Positions 16,493 to 25,723 of a stretch of DNA of 43,856 nucleotides are shown here, piece by piece. Made by a program: the position numbers and the translations under genes. The first letter of the stretch is position 1. The number at the start of each line of letters is the position of its first letter. A model generated the notes under the pieces. That model did no database searches. It was given only the letters and a program-made list of their open reading frames with translations, and was not told the DNA's origin. Source of the DNA: Acidobacteriota bacterium (GTDB taxonomy: Bacteria > Acidobacteriota > Terriglobia > Acidiferrales > UBA7541); assembly GCA_003224105.1 (NCBI GenBank), contig QHYL01000409.1, positions 1 through 43,856 on the forward strand. The letters run 5' to 3'.

Positions 16493-18133
16493 CTACCGTC
16501 CGGGACTGTCAATTCCGTAAGAGTCCTTGACGTGGGAATAGGCTGCAGTCGAGGTGCTAGAACTAGTGATTGTTTGAATCGACGGGGACAATGTAGAGAC
16601 CACAGGGACTCGGTCCGGCTCGTTGGATGGTGAGGCTGCTTGAGAATGGAACCGCTGCTTTAGTGCGTCCACAAAATCAAATACAGACTGCAATTCGAGT
16701 TCTAGTTCCCAAGGGCTTCCATAGAATTTTTTCCGAAATAGATGGCTCTGGGGGCTTCCACCATTCGCGAGAGATTCACCACCATAAGAAGAGACATAGT
16801 GACGGTACGTGGATGCCGCCAAGTCCATCGCTAGTCGGGACATATTCTTTTGTTTTCCGTAAGGGAAGGCGAAAAAAGTGACTGGCTTTTTGACATGAGC
16901 CTCCAGATCTTGCCTTGAGCCAATGATTTCCGATTGCAGATGCTCCAAGTCTGTGGAGCCACAGTCGAAATGCTCGCGAGTGTGGCTGCCGAACTCGGCT
17001 CCGCGGGTGTTCCAATACGCGATTTGGTCCCAAGTCAAGGGTAGGAAGCCCTTCCTGTCTTTTGCGAGGTCATGGTCAAATTCCCTATGAGCCTCCACCG
17101 GCCCGGTGGTCACAAACAGCGTCGATGAAGTTTCTGTTTCGTTTGCCACTGCGCGAAGGCCAAGGAAATTGTCCGCGTAACCATCGTCGAAGGTAAGCAC
17201 AACTGTTGGAATACGTATCCGACGAGAGCGCAAGAGATCAGAAGCCTCCGCAAGACTCACTATGCGGTAATGCTTTCGGAGAAACAGAACTTGTCTCCAA
17301 AAGGTTTCTGTTGGCACACCCATTCTGTGAGGGCGATCAGAAACCAAGTGATGCGCAAGAATAAGCACCGGATAACGCCCCGTGAGCCGACGGTACCAAT
17401 TCCGCCCTAGGACGCTCGGAGAGAGAAGCAACAGAGTATCCAGGCAAAGCCTCCAGACAGATCTGCAGCGACTACTATGAGTTTCCGTTTGGAAAGTACC
17501 CTTCTCGGCGCCGTTGAGCTGTGAAAGAGATGGCGCGAGAACCCTAATCGCCCATTGCGATACCGCTGTCGTTGCAGCCTCTGAATGGCCAGCGATACAG
17601 ATTATGTCATCCCTGCTGGATTCCACATCCTTGCCTGGGTTAAGGATACTAGCTCGAATGCAACCATTTGATGCATTTACTGCGGAATCGGGGAGGGGAA
17701 AAAACTCTCCAAGCACAATAGTGAGATCGACGTCCCCAAGAGAGAGGGCTGCGACGCCTGCTTCCTTGTTTTCGCCCGTGACGATAAATAGCCATCCCGC
17801 TCTAGCGCATTCCTGCCTCAGCCTTTTCATATTGAATGTTGAATCGTTCGGGGAGGGGGGGCAGCCGTGGACGAACCAAAAGAACCATGCCACCACCTTG
17901 TCCACGAAGGAGTGGAAGAGAAATCGCACCTTTGACCATTGTCTGGGCATGAGGGAAATTTCTCGCGTCTTGCCCGTTGCGATCAACTGTTGGATCCAGG
18001 GGATAGAGCGCATGGGGCGCTGGACGACGCCACAAATTTGAGTTCCTGGAACTTCGCGAAGAAGTCGGTTCGCAAAGTTCCAAGTGCGTGAGGGACGAAC
18101 GTTGGAAATTAGCAAGACCCTTGATGTTCTCAT
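16493..18133 (-). CDS. Polysaccharide deacetylase (CE4/NodB) with N-terminal degenerate formyltransferase-like region
   Basis: C-terminal half has LTFDDGY, GSHTREH and FAFPYG; ATG at 18133 preferred over the TTG at 18175; N-terminal domain call is tentative. Confidence 0.82.
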   Translation of the reverse strand: MRTSRVLLISNVRPSRTWNFANRLLREVPGTQICGVVQRPMRSIPWIQQLIATGKTREISLMPRQWSKVRFLFHSFVDKVVAWFFWFVHGCPPSPNDSTFNMKRLRQECARAGWLFIVTGENKEAGVAALSLGDVDLTIVLGEFFPLPDSAVNASNGCIRASILNPGKDVESSRDDIICIAGHSEAATTAVSQWAIRVLAPSLSQLNGAEKGTFQTETHSSRCRSVWRLCLDTLLLLSPSVLGRNWYRRLTGRYPVLILAHHLVSDRPHRMGVPTETFWRQVLFLRKHYRIVSLAEASDLLRSRRIRIPTVVLTFDDGYADNFLGLRAVANETETSSTLFVTTGPVEAHREFDHDLAKDRKGFLPLTWDQIAYWNTRGAEFGSHTREHFDCGSTDLEHLQSEIIGSRQDLEAHVKKPVTFFAFPYGKQKNMSRLAMDLAASTYRHYVSSYGGESLANGGSPQSHLFRKKFYGSPWELELELQSVFDFVDALKQRFHSQAASPSNEPDRVPVVSTLSPSIQTITSSSTSTAAYSHVKDSYGIDSPGR

Positions 18134-18196
18134 GACTATTCTTGGTCGCTGAAAGTCAGCATCGTTTAGGAGCAAAGGATACTGGAGCCGGTAATC

Positions 18197-19591
18197 CTAG
18201 TAAGCGTTCTTGTTACGGTACTTTGGAAAGAGCGTGAGGAAAATAATCCTTAGATCAAAGGCAAGACTCCAGTTTTGGAGATAAAACAAATCGTGCTCCA
18301 CGCGCTTGCGGATGGATGTATCTCCACGCCAGCCGTTAACCTGGGCCCAGCCGGTGATACCCACCTTCAGGCGATGACGATTGTTGTACCGGGCTACTTC
18401 ATGAAGGAACTTTTCCACGAAGCGAACAAGCTCTGGCCGCGGACCGACAACACTCATCTCGCCTCTTAAGACGTTGAAGAACTGCGGAAGCTCGTCAAGG
18501 CTTGTTCTTCGGAGGAAGATTCCCACACGAGTGCGGCGTGGATCATTTGGCGTCGTATGCAGCCCATCGCTCTCAGAGGGATCGCCGACTCTCATGGTGC
18601 GAAACTTGTACATGCGAAAGATCTTCCCGTTGAGTCCTACTCGATTCTGACGGAACAACACGGGCCCGGGAGAACTGAGCCGCACAGCGACCGCAATCAC
18701 AGCCATCACAGGCGCGGTCACCAAAATTGCAAAGATGGAGAAAACTATGTCGAATGCCCGCTTCAGCAGGGAATAAGCAATGGATTCGATGGGGGTTGCC
18801 GTGAGGTCAAAAATCTGAAGGCGCCCAAACTGGAAGAGTCTCTCTTGGATCGTCATGTGATCGCCTAAATCAACGATGGCGCGCACCGGCAGGCAAAAAC
18901 GCTCGAGCATTTTCATGAAGTTCGGGATTTCAGAGAATCTGGTAGGGGGAAGGGCGAGAATAATTTCGTCGATATCGCCATTTCGGTTGATTCTTCCCGT
19001 CAACTGTTCCGGGGAATAGACCGGCGCGTCATCCACGGCTACCGTCTGTCCTGGAAGGTTTACGTACCCCATGACACGGCAGAAGGAGAGCGGCCCGCGA
19101 ATGAGTCTATGCGTTGCCCGGCGAGCAAAGCGGTCCGCGCCAACCACCAGGACGCGATTCGGCTTCCGGAGCCCAGAATGACTGTGAGCAAGAATTCGGA
19201 ACAGAGCGCGCACTGTCAGCGCCATCAAAAACAAAGAGACGCCGCTGAAAGCAAGAAACATACGCGACAGAGTTGTGTAGCGGTGGAAAAAGAAGAGCAC
19301 TCCTATGACTAAAGCGTAGGTGAGAACGCAGGCCGGAAAGGCTGCGCGGATTCCCGTGCGCTCCCGAAAGAGTGTTTGGACGCCGGCAACTCCGAAATGC
19401 TCGGCAATCATCGCCCAGACCACAGTCGTAAGCAGAACCAGGTTGAAGTAGCTGTAAGGGTTGATTCCGGCGACGACATCAGCATGGCCAGTCAAGATGC
19501 GCGCATATCCGGCGACAGAGAAAGAAAGGAAGGGTAGGGAATAGACTGCGATTCTCAAATAGAAGTGATAAAAGTTGACGAAACGTCTCAT
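18197..19591 (-). CDS. wcaJ: Undecaprenyl-phosphate sugar phosphotransferase (priming GT, WcaJ-like)
   Basis: N-terminal TMs, then KRAFDIV, YKFRTM, RRTSLDELPQFFNVLRGEMSVVGPRPE, GITGWAQVNGWRGDTS. Confidence 0.95.
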   Translation of the reverse strand: MRRFVNFYHFYLRIAVYSLPFLSFSVAGYARILTGHADVVAGINPYSYFNLVLLTTVVWAMIAEHFGVAGVQTLFRERTGIRAAFPACVLTYALVIGVLFFFHRYTTLSRMFLAFSGVSLFLMALTVRALFRILAHSHSGLRKPNRVLVVGADRFARRATHRLIRGPLSFCRVMGYVNLPGQTVAVDDAPVYSPEQLTGRINRNGDIDEIILALPPTRFSEIPNFMKMLERFCLPVRAIVDLGDHMTIQERLFQFGRLQIFDLTATPIESIAYSLLKRAFDIVFSIFAILVTAPVMAVIAVAVRLSSPGPVLFRQNRVGLNGKIFRMYKFRTMRVGDPSESDGLHTTPNDPRRTRVGIFLRRTSLDELPQFFNVLRGEMSVVGPRPELVRFVEKFLHEVARYNNRHRLKVGITGWAQVNGWRGDTSIRKRVEHDLFYLQNWSLAFDLRIIFLTLFPKYRNKNAY

Positions 19592-19684
19592 GGCTAGTGC
19601 GCTGGGCTCAACAGTTGTCCGGAGATCAAAAACAAAACGATTACTTTGTTACCGCGGCTTCGCTTGAACAGTAAACGAGAGGCT

Positions 19685-20992
19685 CTAAGTGCCTTGAAAC
19701 GCTCCCTCGCGGTGCGAATCGCTATTTACCCTATGACGCGGGATTCCGCTTGCATGACTCGCCTTCTCAGGATCCCGATGGCCCATCACCAGCGGGGACT
19801 GCGCTTGCCGGGGAGTAGACGTCCATGTGAGCTTCTGCTCTCCGCTCAAATAGCGGAACAATCCCAGGAGCATGGCAAGATTCATAGAACAGAAGTGTAG
19901 TGGCAGGGCAAAAAGGCGGATAGGTTTCCCTAGCTTCTTGAGTAAGCATCCAACGCAAGCGCTCAGATAAAATGCGCTCTGAGCTGTCAATAGAATTGAA
20001 AAGCTGCCGTGGCCAGCCATCAGCGTGCTGCAGCCAAGCGCAATCAGAAGCAACAATGGGGCAAGCCAGCGAAGGACCCTATGCGAAAAGAAACAGAACG
20101 CGAGCATACCTTTTAAGGGGTTGAGGCATTGTAGGTTTGCGAAAAGCGTCTGATAATTGCCGGCGCCGATTCTGACTCTTCGAGCAAACTGGGCAGAGAG
20201 CGTTGGAGCAATTTCTTCGACGGCAAGCGCCTCGGGGTCGTAAATGACGCGATAGCCCCTTAAGCGAATCTCCAGCGGAATTTGGAAGTCCTCGATGATC
20301 GTTCGCTTCTGCGGCCGGAAAAGAGAACGGCGGACCGCTAATACGCTGCCGTTACCTCCCATTGTGCAGTCGAGCCGGTTCTCCAGGAGTTTTAGGGCGG
20401 ATTCGTAGCGCCAATAAAGAGCCTCGGCCGCCGGGTCCGATCCCTGAGAAGCCACGCGATTCTCCTCTCCACTTACGGCGCCGACCCTGGGATTTGCAAA
20501 GTGGCGAACGAGATTGCGAATACAATTGGGCTCAAGTCTTGTGTTCGCGTCCGTAATCATTAAAATCTCGGCCGTGGTTTGCTGCGCGAGAGAGGTGAGC
20601 ACCGCCAGTTTCCCGCGGCGATCCTTAAAATGAGTCACGTGAAGCTGGTCAAATTCCATTTGACTCAGAAGATCCGCGGTAGAATCTGTCGGTGCATCGA
20701 GCCCAATCAGAAATTCAAATCGATCGGAAGGATAGTCACTGTCGAGCGTATTCTTTACCTTCGCCTGAATTACGGCTTCTTCGTTATGGGCGGACATCAG
20801 GACAGCAACATGTGGAACGTATTGTACAGAGGGCACGCACCTTCGTCCGCCCCGATGAAACAGAAAGAGCAAGTCTGATTTTGCCTGCGATACGACCGAA
20901 AACAGGAAAAGCACGAGCGGATAGCCGACATAATTGTAGGCAACCAAGCCCATACAAATCCAAAAGAGCAATTCAGGTTTGGACATACCCAT
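19685..20992 (-). CDS. Glycosyltransferase family 2 (CESA-like) with terminal TM helices
   Basis: SAHNEE, GKLAVL, ITDAN, IEDF, QFARRVRIGAG; ATG at 20992 just after the wzy stop (track start 21007 is an overlapping TTG). Confidence 0.9.
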   Translation of the reverse strand: MGMSKPELLFWICMGLVAYNYVGYPLVLFLFSVVSQAKSDLLFLFHRGGRRCVPSVQYVPHVAVLMSAHNEEAVIQAKVKNTLDSDYPSDRFEFLIGLDAPTDSTADLLSQMEFDQLHVTHFKDRRGKLAVLTSLAQQTTAEILMITDANTRLEPNCIRNLVRHFANPRVGAVSGEENRVASQGSDPAAEALYWRYESALKLLENRLDCTMGGNGSVLAVRRSLFRPQKRTIIEDFQIPLEIRLRGYRVIYDPEALAVEEIAPTLSAQFARRVRIGAGNYQTLFANLQCLNPLKGMLAFCFFSHRVLRWLAPLLLLIALGCSTLMAGHGSFSILLTAQSAFYLSACVGCLLKKLGKPIRLFALPLHFCSMNLAMLLGLFRYLSGEQKLTWTSTPRQAQSPLVMGHRDPEKASHASGIPRHRVNSDSHREGAFQGT

Positions 20993-20994
20993 GT

Positions 20995-22374
20995 TTATGA
21001 GCCCCAATTCATTGCGGAGGTTTGTAATTCAGGAATCAAAGCGCTTACAGCCGGGTCCGAAGTTCCCTCTATTGTCCGGGCAATGTTTTGAATGCCTACC
21101 GCAAATGCGACCGGATAGTAGAGGAAGTATTCATAGCCGATGTGGGCGAAGAATGCTCCAAAAATGAATGACAGCAGGCTGACCAAAGTGGCACGCGCCA
21201 TGAATTTGAGTTCCAGACCTTGTGGGCCGGCGATCGTTTTCTTTCCCAGCATCCGCATATGTTGGATCGCAGTCCAGAGAAGAGCGACAAAGAGACCGAG
21301 AGCAGGGACTCCGGCTTCAGAAGAGATTTCGGCAAACGTGTTATGAACTCCAAGCCATGCCTCAGGTTTCCCAATCTCCGTGCCGCTGGCGATCTCAAAG
21401 TTTCCGAGCCCCAAGCCAAAAAGAGGATTCTCCAGGCTGTAATGAATAGCCCGCTCCAGAACGCCCAGACGCTCTTCCTTGGACACCTCTGCGGACGCAG
21501 CAATCTCGTTCTGTGAATTCTCTGACCCCGACCAGACGGTTGCCATTCTTTGCCAAAACACACCGGGCGCCAGGCTAATAGCCGCCAGTGCGATCAGGAC
21601 AATTCCAACGCCAATGAGCTTTCCACGGGGAGTGCCACGCAAAACGAACAGAAACGTGAGAGCAATCGACAAGAGGACGTTCAGCGAGCCACTGCGCGAT
21701 GCGGTTAGCACCAACATCCACATGAGAAAGAGGACGGACGAGATGAGCAGGCTCGTCTTGAAAAAGCCGGGTTGAAGAATGCAAATGGCGGCGATGTAGG
21801 GAATAGTGAGTGCGACGGCAAGACCCAGGAAGTTCCACCCGAGGATCCCCATGCTGATCCCTGAGAGACGTTGATCCACCCAAACGACGTGAGAGGATTG
21901 AACGATTGAGTAGGCGCAAACGACAAGCTCACTCAGGATAATGGCCCAAAGAATTTTGCGGACGCGTTCGATTGACACCAGGGTCTGCGTGAGCAGAAAG
22001 AATACGATGAGCGTTTTAAGCCACACTTGAGTTAGAACTTGAAAGCTTCCGCCTCTCCAATAAGCGAATGGCACGCCCACTGCAAAACAACCAGTGAGGA
22101 GAAGCACAATTTGCAGCTCCCTTGTCCAAGTCAGGCGGACGCTTCCGAGGAGAAAGGAGCCGAGATACGCCGATCCCGCGCAGAGTCCCAGAATGAAAGT
22201 AAGGTGCAGTTGACCAAGCACGGGGAAGATGTCTTCTGGCCGGGCATATATGGCGATAGTGAAAAGCACTACGAAAAAGAAACTCACGCCGGCACTCTGT
22301 TTATTCAAATTTGAGGGAGCAGAGTCCGGCGTTACGCTTGTGTCGTTCTCAACAAATGGAATAGCGTAGTTCAA
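20995..22374 (-). CDS. wzy: O-antigen ligase / Wzy polymerase family protein
   Basis: Polytopic; LTASRSG, NPLFGLGLGNF, HNTFAEISSEAG motifs of the Wzy_C family; polymerase role inferred from context. Confidence 0.8.
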   Translation of the reverse strand: MNYAIPFVENDTSVTPDSAPSNLNKQSAGVSFFFVVLFTIAIYARPEDIFPVLGQLHLTFILGLCAGSAYLGSFLLGSVRLTWTRELQIVLLLTGCFAVGVPFAYWRGGSFQVLTQVWLKTLIVFFLLTQTLVSIERVRKILWAIILSELVVCAYSIVQSSHVVWVDQRLSGISMGILGWNFLGLAVALTIPYIAAICILQPGFFKTSLLISSVLFLMWMLVLTASRSGSLNVLLSIALTFLFVLRGTPRGKLIGVGIVLIALAAISLAPGVFWQRMATVWSGSENSQNEIAASAEVSKEERLGVLERAIHYSLENPLFGLGLGNFEIASGTEIGKPEAWLGVHNTFAEISSEAGVPALGLFVALLWTAIQHMRMLGKKTIAGPQGLELKFMARATLVSLLSFIFGAFFAHIGYEYFLYYPVAFAVGIQNIARTIEGTSDPAVSALIPELQTSAMNWGS

Positions 22375-23630
22375 GGCGTCACTAGTGCAGGATGAGAGAC
22401 AACTTCTTTAGCAATCGGTTTTTTGGCGTTTGATACCACTCGGTCGAGCACGTCTTCGACCTTGTCCACCACCGCTTCCCAACCATGATTCGCTACAACC
22501 TCTTTGCGCGCTGCGTTTTCGATGGCTTTCCGGAGAGCGGACTTTTTAAGGATCTCAATGACCGCACTGGCGAAGTCCCGTGGTTGTCCTGCTAGGAGAA
22601 TCTGTCTTCCATCTCGAAATGGCAGTCCTTCCGCGCCAATCGGCGTGGAGACCACCGCTTTGGCCATGGCCATAGCTTCCGGGATCTTGATACGTGTGCC
22701 GCCGCCAACCCGCAGGGGAACCACGACGGCCTCGGCTTGAGAGAGATATGGCCGAACATCAGGAACCGCCCCGGTAACTTCCACGGAAGGCGCTTTGGCA
22801 GCTATCGCCCGCAGTCGCGCGGATGGATTTCGCCCGACAACAATGAAACTCGCATGGGGTGCTGCTTGCCGGATTAGCGGGTAAACGCTCTCCAGAAACC
22901 ACACGATTCCGTCCTCATTTGGATCCCAATCCATGGAGCCAACGAAGACCATTCTTCCCGGTACGGATTGATTCTCGGACAGGCAAAAGAAATCCGTATC
23001 CACCCCAGTCGGAAGCGTGGAAATGTGATCCACTCCAAACTCGCGCCGGATTGCTTGTTGATCCTCGTCGGACACTGTGAGCACATGATCGAACGAGCGG
23101 CACACCTGAGCCTCCAACGGTCGCGTTTTTTCCCATTCACTCCCAAATACGATTTTGCGCAGAGGGTGCTTCTCGACTTGCCATTTCCGCTTTCTTAGCT
23201 GGAATTCAACATTGTGCTCAAACACGATTTTGGGCCTGAAGGAGCACTGGAGCAGAGGAGCGGCTGTATGCAAGAAGTCACAAAAAAGGAGGTCAAAATG
23301 CTCTCTTGCCAATAGGTCTTCGACTGTGGATCGAAAATGAGGCAAGCAACATTTCGCGAGAAAATAGGGCAACGCGCTGAATTGACTGGTGACGAGTTCC
23401 TTGTAAAACCTGCCGGAGTACTTTCTCGTTTCCTGCCAGGGTACCTGCGTATAGCTCTCGAACACTTCTTGCATCTTATGAATGGATTCAGCATCTGCAA
23501 CAGGATCCGCGAACGAGACGGCGTGAATGGAAGCGCGCTTCCCAAGCCGCGAAAAAATATTGAGCGAACGCACCTTTCCGCCGGTGTCAGTGGGGTAGAG
23601 CGGTTGCCGAAGTGTGAGCAGAATCTTCAT
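22371..23630 (-). CDS. Glycosyltransferase family 4
   Basis: MKILLTL start (ATG 23630, just after the AsnB stop), FVGSMDWDPNEDG, VVPLRVGGGTRIKIPEAMAMAKAVVSTPIGAEG. Confidence 0.92.
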   Translation of the reverse strand: MKILLTLRQPLYPTDTGGKVRSLNIFSRLGKRASIHAVSFADPVADAESIHKMQEVFESYTQVPWQETRKYSGRFYKELVTSQFSALPYFLAKCCLPHFRSTVEDLLAREHFDLLFCDFLHTAAPLLQCSFRPKIVFEHNVEFQLRKRKWQVEKHPLRKIVFGSEWEKTRPLEAQVCRSFDHVLTVSDEDQQAIRREFGVDHISTLPTGVDTDFFCLSENQSVPGRMVFVGSMDWDPNEDGIVWFLESVYPLIRQAAPHASFIVVGRNPSARLRAIAAKAPSVEVTGAVPDVRPYLSQAEAVVVPLRVGGGTRIKIPEAMAMAKAVVSTPIGAEGLPFRDGRQILLAGQPRDFASAVIEILKKSALRKAIENAARKEVVANHGWEAVVDKVEDVLDRVVSNAKKPIAKEVVSHPALVTP

Positions 23631-23644
23631 GGGCAGGTGCCGTC

Positions 23645-25645
23645 TCAGGAAGGCAGAACCACCTCGGAATATTTGCCCGAACCTGGTCCGCAAAAAGCGA
23701 AATGCTCGCGAGTCGGCTGCGATGATCGGACAGTATCGTCGCGGTCGAGGAAGATGCGGCACCACAACTCAAAATTCAGCAATCGCCAACAGCCTTCCGT
23801 GGCGGACGAACTGCCTTGGCGGTGAGCGTTCAAGAGATATTCAACGTAGCCTGGCTTAACAAGACGTCGTTCGGCAAGCCGTCCGTCTGTAAGAATCACT
23901 TTGAGCTTCTCGAAAAGCTGATTCCTCAACCAGGGTCGAATGGGAGTAGGGAATCCTTTCTTGTTTCGCTTGAGAACTTCCGGGGGCAAATCGCGAGTCA
24001 TTGCTTTGCGGAGCAGATATTTTCCGGATGAAAAGCGCAGCTTGTACCGCGCCGGAAGGCCGGCCGCGAACTCCACAACCTTGTGATCCAGGAAGGGGAC
24101 GCGGCTCTCGATAGACGCAGCCATACTCATTTGGTCTTGTTTCATGAGCAGCTCGACCAGATAAGTCTTGATATCCAGGTACAACAGATCGTTCAAAGCG
24201 TTTCCGTTCAATCCGCTGGCTGGGAAATACTGCATGGAGTTCGCATAGGCATTCACATCGCAGAGTTCGTCGTTCAATGCATTGTCAAATAGCTGTGGCT
24301 GTTGTTGTTGAGGAAACGCGGCGTAGAAGTTGTCAAAGTAAACTTGTTCGAAACTCTCTGGATCGTACAGGAAGGAATGCCGCAATTTGCGTAGCATCCA
24401 GTCCGGGCCAACCTCCGAAGACAATGCTTTGCGCACGGTCTGCCGGACAAATTGCGGGACAATCGCCCGATACAACGGGCCGCCACGCAAATTCCAAAGT
24501 GCAACTCGATACTTCAAGTAACCGGCGAAAAGTTCGTCGCCACCCTCACCTGTTAGGACAACCTTTACCTTCTCGCTCGCCAAGCGCGACACAAAGAAGA
24601 GGGCAACACTGGATGGCCACACAAGAGGTTCATCTTCGTGCCAAATCAGGCGAGGCAGGGTTGCGAAGAAATCTTCCGGGCCGAGGATGACCTCGTTGTA
24701 TTCCGCTCCGATATGCTTGGCGACCGCCCGGCCGTAAGGCAATTCGCTATATTGGTTTTCGGCATAACCCACCGAGAAAGTTTGAATGGGCTCTTTTTTC
24801 AACGAAGCCATTACCGCAGCTATGGCGCTCGAATCGAGCCCACCGCTTAAGAAAACCCCCAGTGGGACATCGCTCATCAGGTGGGAGCGAACGGTTTCCG
24901 TGAAAAGCTCGCGAAACTGTGAGATGCATTGAGCCTCACCGAGAGGATTTTCCGGCGGCACATTATTCAAGTCCCAATACTCAGTGACTTGCGGTTGCGG
25001 ATTCTCTGCGGTTAGATCAATGCAGAGGCGATTTCCGGGCAGAAGTTTGTGTACATTCTGATAGAGAGTCTCCTGCGCCGCGAGATAACCAAAGGTAAAG
25101 AATTCAGGAAGCGCTCGCCGGTTGAGGCTGGCTTTGAAATCTCGTAGCTCGAAGAGAGCTTTGATTTCCGAAGCAAATGCGAATCGCTCGCTTGTCATCG
25201 CAAAGTAAAAAGGCTTGATTCCCAGTCGGTCTCTCGCACAGAAGAGCCTGTTGCGCCGCGCGTCCCAAATTGCAAAGGCAAACATGCCTCGGAGGTGAGA
25301 GACACAATCGTTGCCGTATTCCTCATATAAATGAACGATCGTTTCCGTATCGCTGTTGGAAGCGAACCGGTGGCCAAGCTTTTCCAAACGGGGGCGAAGC
25401 TCCGCGTGGTTGTAGATTTCCCCGTTAAAGACAATCCAAACGCTCCGGTCTTCGTTGCACATCGGTTGATGGCCGCCTGACAGATCCACGATACTCAATC
25501 TTTGGAAACCGAAAGCAACTGGGCCGGAGTGAAAGCTTCCTCGATCATCGGGGCCGCGATGACGAAGAACATTGGACATAGCCTCCAACTCTTCACCGAG
25601 AAACCCGCTTCCACGCAGGTCGAGAATTCCGCAAATTCCGCACAT
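23645..25645 (-). CDS. asnB: Asparagine synthase-like amidotransferase, copy 2
   Basis: MCGICG, HRGPD, FNGEIYN, RDRLGIKP, LSGGLDSS, LTGEGGDE, KQDQMSMAASIESRVPFLD, KKGFPTP. Confidence 0.95.
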   Translation of the reverse strand: MCGICGILDLRGSGFLGEELEAMSNVLRHRGPDDRGSFHSGPVAFGFQRLSIVDLSGGHQPMCNEDRSVWIVFNGEIYNHAELRPRLEKLGHRFASNSDTETIVHLYEEYGNDCVSHLRGMFAFAIWDARRNRLFCARDRLGIKPFYFAMTSERFAFASEIKALFELRDFKASLNRRALPEFFTFGYLAAQETLYQNVHKLLPGNRLCIDLTAENPQPQVTEYWDLNNVPPENPLGEAQCISQFRELFTETVRSHLMSDVPLGVFLSGGLDSSAIAAVMASLKKEPIQTFSVGYAENQYSELPYGRAVAKHIGAEYNEVILGPEDFFATLPRLIWHEDEPLVWPSSVALFFVSRLASEKVKVVLTGEGGDELFAGYLKYRVALWNLRGGPLYRAIVPQFVRQTVRKALSSEVGPDWMLRKLRHSFLYDPESFEQVYFDNFYAAFPQQQQPQLFDNALNDELCDVNAYANSMQYFPASGLNGNALNDLLYLDIKTYLVELLMKQDQMSMAASIESRVPFLDHKVVEFAAGLPARYKLRFSSGKYLLRKAMTRDLPPEVLKRNKKGFPTPIRPWLRNQLFEKLKVILTDGRLAERRLVKPGYVEYLLNAHRQGSSSATEGCWRLLNFELWCRIFLDRDDTVRSSQPTREHFAFCGPGSGKYSEVVLPS

Positions 25646-25723
25646 AGTGTTTTTTTTGTGACCGAAGACTTAATCTTTCTCGAGTCGAGAGGAGTTCATT
25701 TCTACTAAAGATGAAGTGTCAGC

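Noticed and set aside
19631-19650. AACAAA/TTTGTT inverted repeat before wcaJ as a terminator
   Set aside because: Stem is almost all A-U and too weak to call.
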